A stretch of 64,000 bases of DNA. It comes from the human T2T-CHM13v2.0 reference genome, Homo sapiens. A program made the position numbers and the translations under genes. This document shows, one piece after another, positions 61,424-64,000 of this stretch (positions are counted from its first letter, which is position 1; each line of letters opens with the position of its first letter). The notes beneath the pieces are model-generated. The model did no database searches. It was given only the letters and a program-made list of their open reading frames with translations, and was not told the DNA's origin. Location: assembly GCF_009914755.1 (NCBI RefSeq), contig NC_060931.1. One strand, written 5' to 3'.

Positions 61424-64000
61424 GTAGGTTTATTTAAACCCATAGTTGGTGAACATGTTCACAAGATATCTTTTGACTCTATGTCCTATAATAAGTGTAA
61501 ATAATAAAAGAAATTTTAACATTTATTCTTAAAGTTCTTGCCAAGATCACTGTTCTAAAACTTTAAGAGTAAATGCCTATGAGTTTTGTCAGTTTTAAAG
61601 CTAGTCAGACGTTCAGAAAACATAATTTTTATAGTGAGATCTGACAGATAAAATGAAAGATAATCCAAGTTGTCTTAAAGCATTAAAATGTCGGCATTTC
61701 AGCCCCATGAATTATAGTTAAAAAAAAATAGCATATTTTATACGAGAAGCTGAAACTGTATTTGGGTAACCTTGCTCTATTTTTCTTTAAATAAAATCAT
61801 TACTGTGTCTTTAGTATCTCTGTTACTATCTCTTTACTGTTACTTTTAATTCCATAATATTCCTTTCAGATTTATTGGCTTTACGTTAAAAAATCAGTTG
61901 TTTTCAGTGTTTGGGGACTGGTTAAGATTCGTTCAAGTATTCTGAGTTTAAAACTATTTTCATTACACTATAAAAATGTTACTTACTTTTCTGAACTCTG
62001 TTCTTTCATGAGTATTAGTGGAGACTTCCAGAGATTACATACAGTATAACAGAACCCACCGAATATAGAAACAATTTTGAGAATCCAGCTACCTTTTTTT
62101 ATGTCAGTTATCTAGACATTAGTATGTAAAATGTAAAACAGTGCCACTCTCCTCACTCAATTTTTGTGTGTATGTGAATTGTATTTAGTAAAAGTGTATA
62201 CTTCGGTAATGGACCCATTATTTAAAATAAATTAATGAATATTGCAAAAAATTTTCAGTTTTAATTTTTAATAGGGTAACTGTCTAAAATATAACTCACA
62301 TAAACCCTTTGGAGTCCTCAGTAATTTTTAAGAATGTTAACAAATTGTGAGCAGGTTCAGTTCATTCCTTAAGCTTACATAGTAATGAATGTTTATTTAG
62401 TAATTTTTATTGCACATTCATGATGGCTTTATGGTAATAGTCTAAGCCTCTCCTTGTTATGTTTTTTCTTTTATTGGGTAAATTTTGTTTATTGTGCTGA
62501 GATTTTATCTTAGTACATTTATTTCATTTCCAGAAAGTGAGCAAAGATACTCTGATGAAGAAAAATTGTAGAAAAAAATTTGAAGGATATATTTTATGAA
62601 TAAACAGATCTTATAGGAATTGTATTTTTGATACATGTAGCTGTTTTTGATACATATAGCTGTTCCAATCTCTTCATTTATATAGCTGTTCCAGTCTCTT
62701 GATTTTAAGGAATTGTACTTTGATGAAGGCTACTAGATGAACAGTGAGCATCTTCTCAGCTACTAGGTAGACATAGAGTTATAATTATACGGTAAAGGTA
62801 GTCTGGATTCCTCATAGCTACAACTCAGGATGGTGGGCAAAAGTACGAGAGGGCAATACAGGTAAGAGTTAGAGGACCAGATAAATACTACGTAAATACT
62901 TGGATCAGGGAATCTATAGGATAAGGTTAGTTGTCTACTTCTGGAAAACTTTGAGCTTTGCGGTTAGTAGGGTGCTTTTGGAGCCAGTGGAGAGCTTTCT
63001 TTTTTACTATGGTAGTTTGGATTCCTTTGCACAGCATCATATGTCATCATTTTTGGCAAGATGGCAGCTAATTAACAAAAATGTGTGAAGCAGCCATGTT
63101 TGGGACAGTGGGGTGTAATGGAGTTATGGGATTTGGAGAGTGCATCTCCGTCTAAAGGCATGCAAATTAAATGAAACTAAACATAATATTAAGCTACATA
63201 GTTTACATTCTGTGGTCTGTGTATCTTACCTATAAGCTAATTTGAGGAAATTTACAGGGAAACAGATACATTAGGATGTGAGAATTAGCCCTGAGGCATC
63301 TTCCTTGCCTTGCTGTGTCCCTTGATTAATTAGGTGGGAGCCCTGGATGCTGGAATAATAAAATGCAACTTTTCTCCCTATTCACTACCTTACTCAGTGT
63401 GCTGTTGTTTTGGGGGGAAATGATTTAAAGCATATTTACATATATATGTTACTGGTTTCTTGTTATAAACAGAGAATTAGAAAATTCTAAATGTTTTCTG
63501 AACGATATTTCAAAACCCAGAATATTGCATGAATCAATATTAATGAAGTTTGCATTTGACAGTAATCATTCTGTCTTGTCTATTTCTAGATGGTTGTACT
63601 TATGTACATAAGGATTTATGTAATGTAATAGCATTTAAAATTAAGAAACACATTTTAAACTAAAATAGATCTATGTTTGTGAGCATATCTTGCCTTCTAT
63701 TTCCATTTTATACTCTTTAGACATTCTAGGGAACTTTTCAAAAGACTATATCAAGTTGGATTTACTACTTTTTCATGGTGGTTTTATATAGGCTGTTAAA
63801 AAAAAAAGGTTGAAAAATAGAATAAACATATCAGTTTCATCTAATGACATTGTGTACCTTTCTGTATTTTTTATGACTTTGTATAGCCTTCTGACATAGT
63901 CCTTTATCTCATTGGTGAGAATCCATGTGACATTTCTATTCTTTTTCATCTACTTTGTGAATATTCCAGATTTATTAAGAATAGTCAAAGCATGTTATGA

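Overview
Human (primate) genomic DNA holding the promoter and first seven exons of PHF14 (PHD finger protein 14) on the + strand. The gene runs off the right edge. Spliced CDS read by hand: 6914 | 7425-7535 | 14961-15748 | 23295-23439 | 46357-46516 | 55478-55589 | 61286-61423 = 1455 nt (485 codons), all GT-AG. It encodes MDRSSKRRQVK..., a long acidic/(EK)n region and most of the PHD1-Zn-knuckle-PHD2 (PZP) module. The start codon is split by intron 1 (A|TG). The remainder is intronic repeat landscape: about 28 Alu/FLAM copies, a MER51-type ERV1 LTR just upstream of the CpG-island promoter, an antisense solo LTR12 with a 4-bp TSD, an antisense RPL23A processed pseudogene, an antisense ~3.4-kb L1MA, a Tigger1 interrupted by three Alus, and small DNA transposons. 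I see no evidence of a wholly new gene system. The best leads are RNA-processing hypotheses: stop-free circular ORFs from exons 3-4 or 2-4, a strong cryptic acceptor plus poly(A) signals after exon 3, a splice acceptor inside exon 1 next to an LTR, a 5'UTR G-quadruplex and a basic overlapping ORF. Repeat subfamily names come from recalled consensus sequences, and repeat boundaries are approximate unless a TSD is cited.
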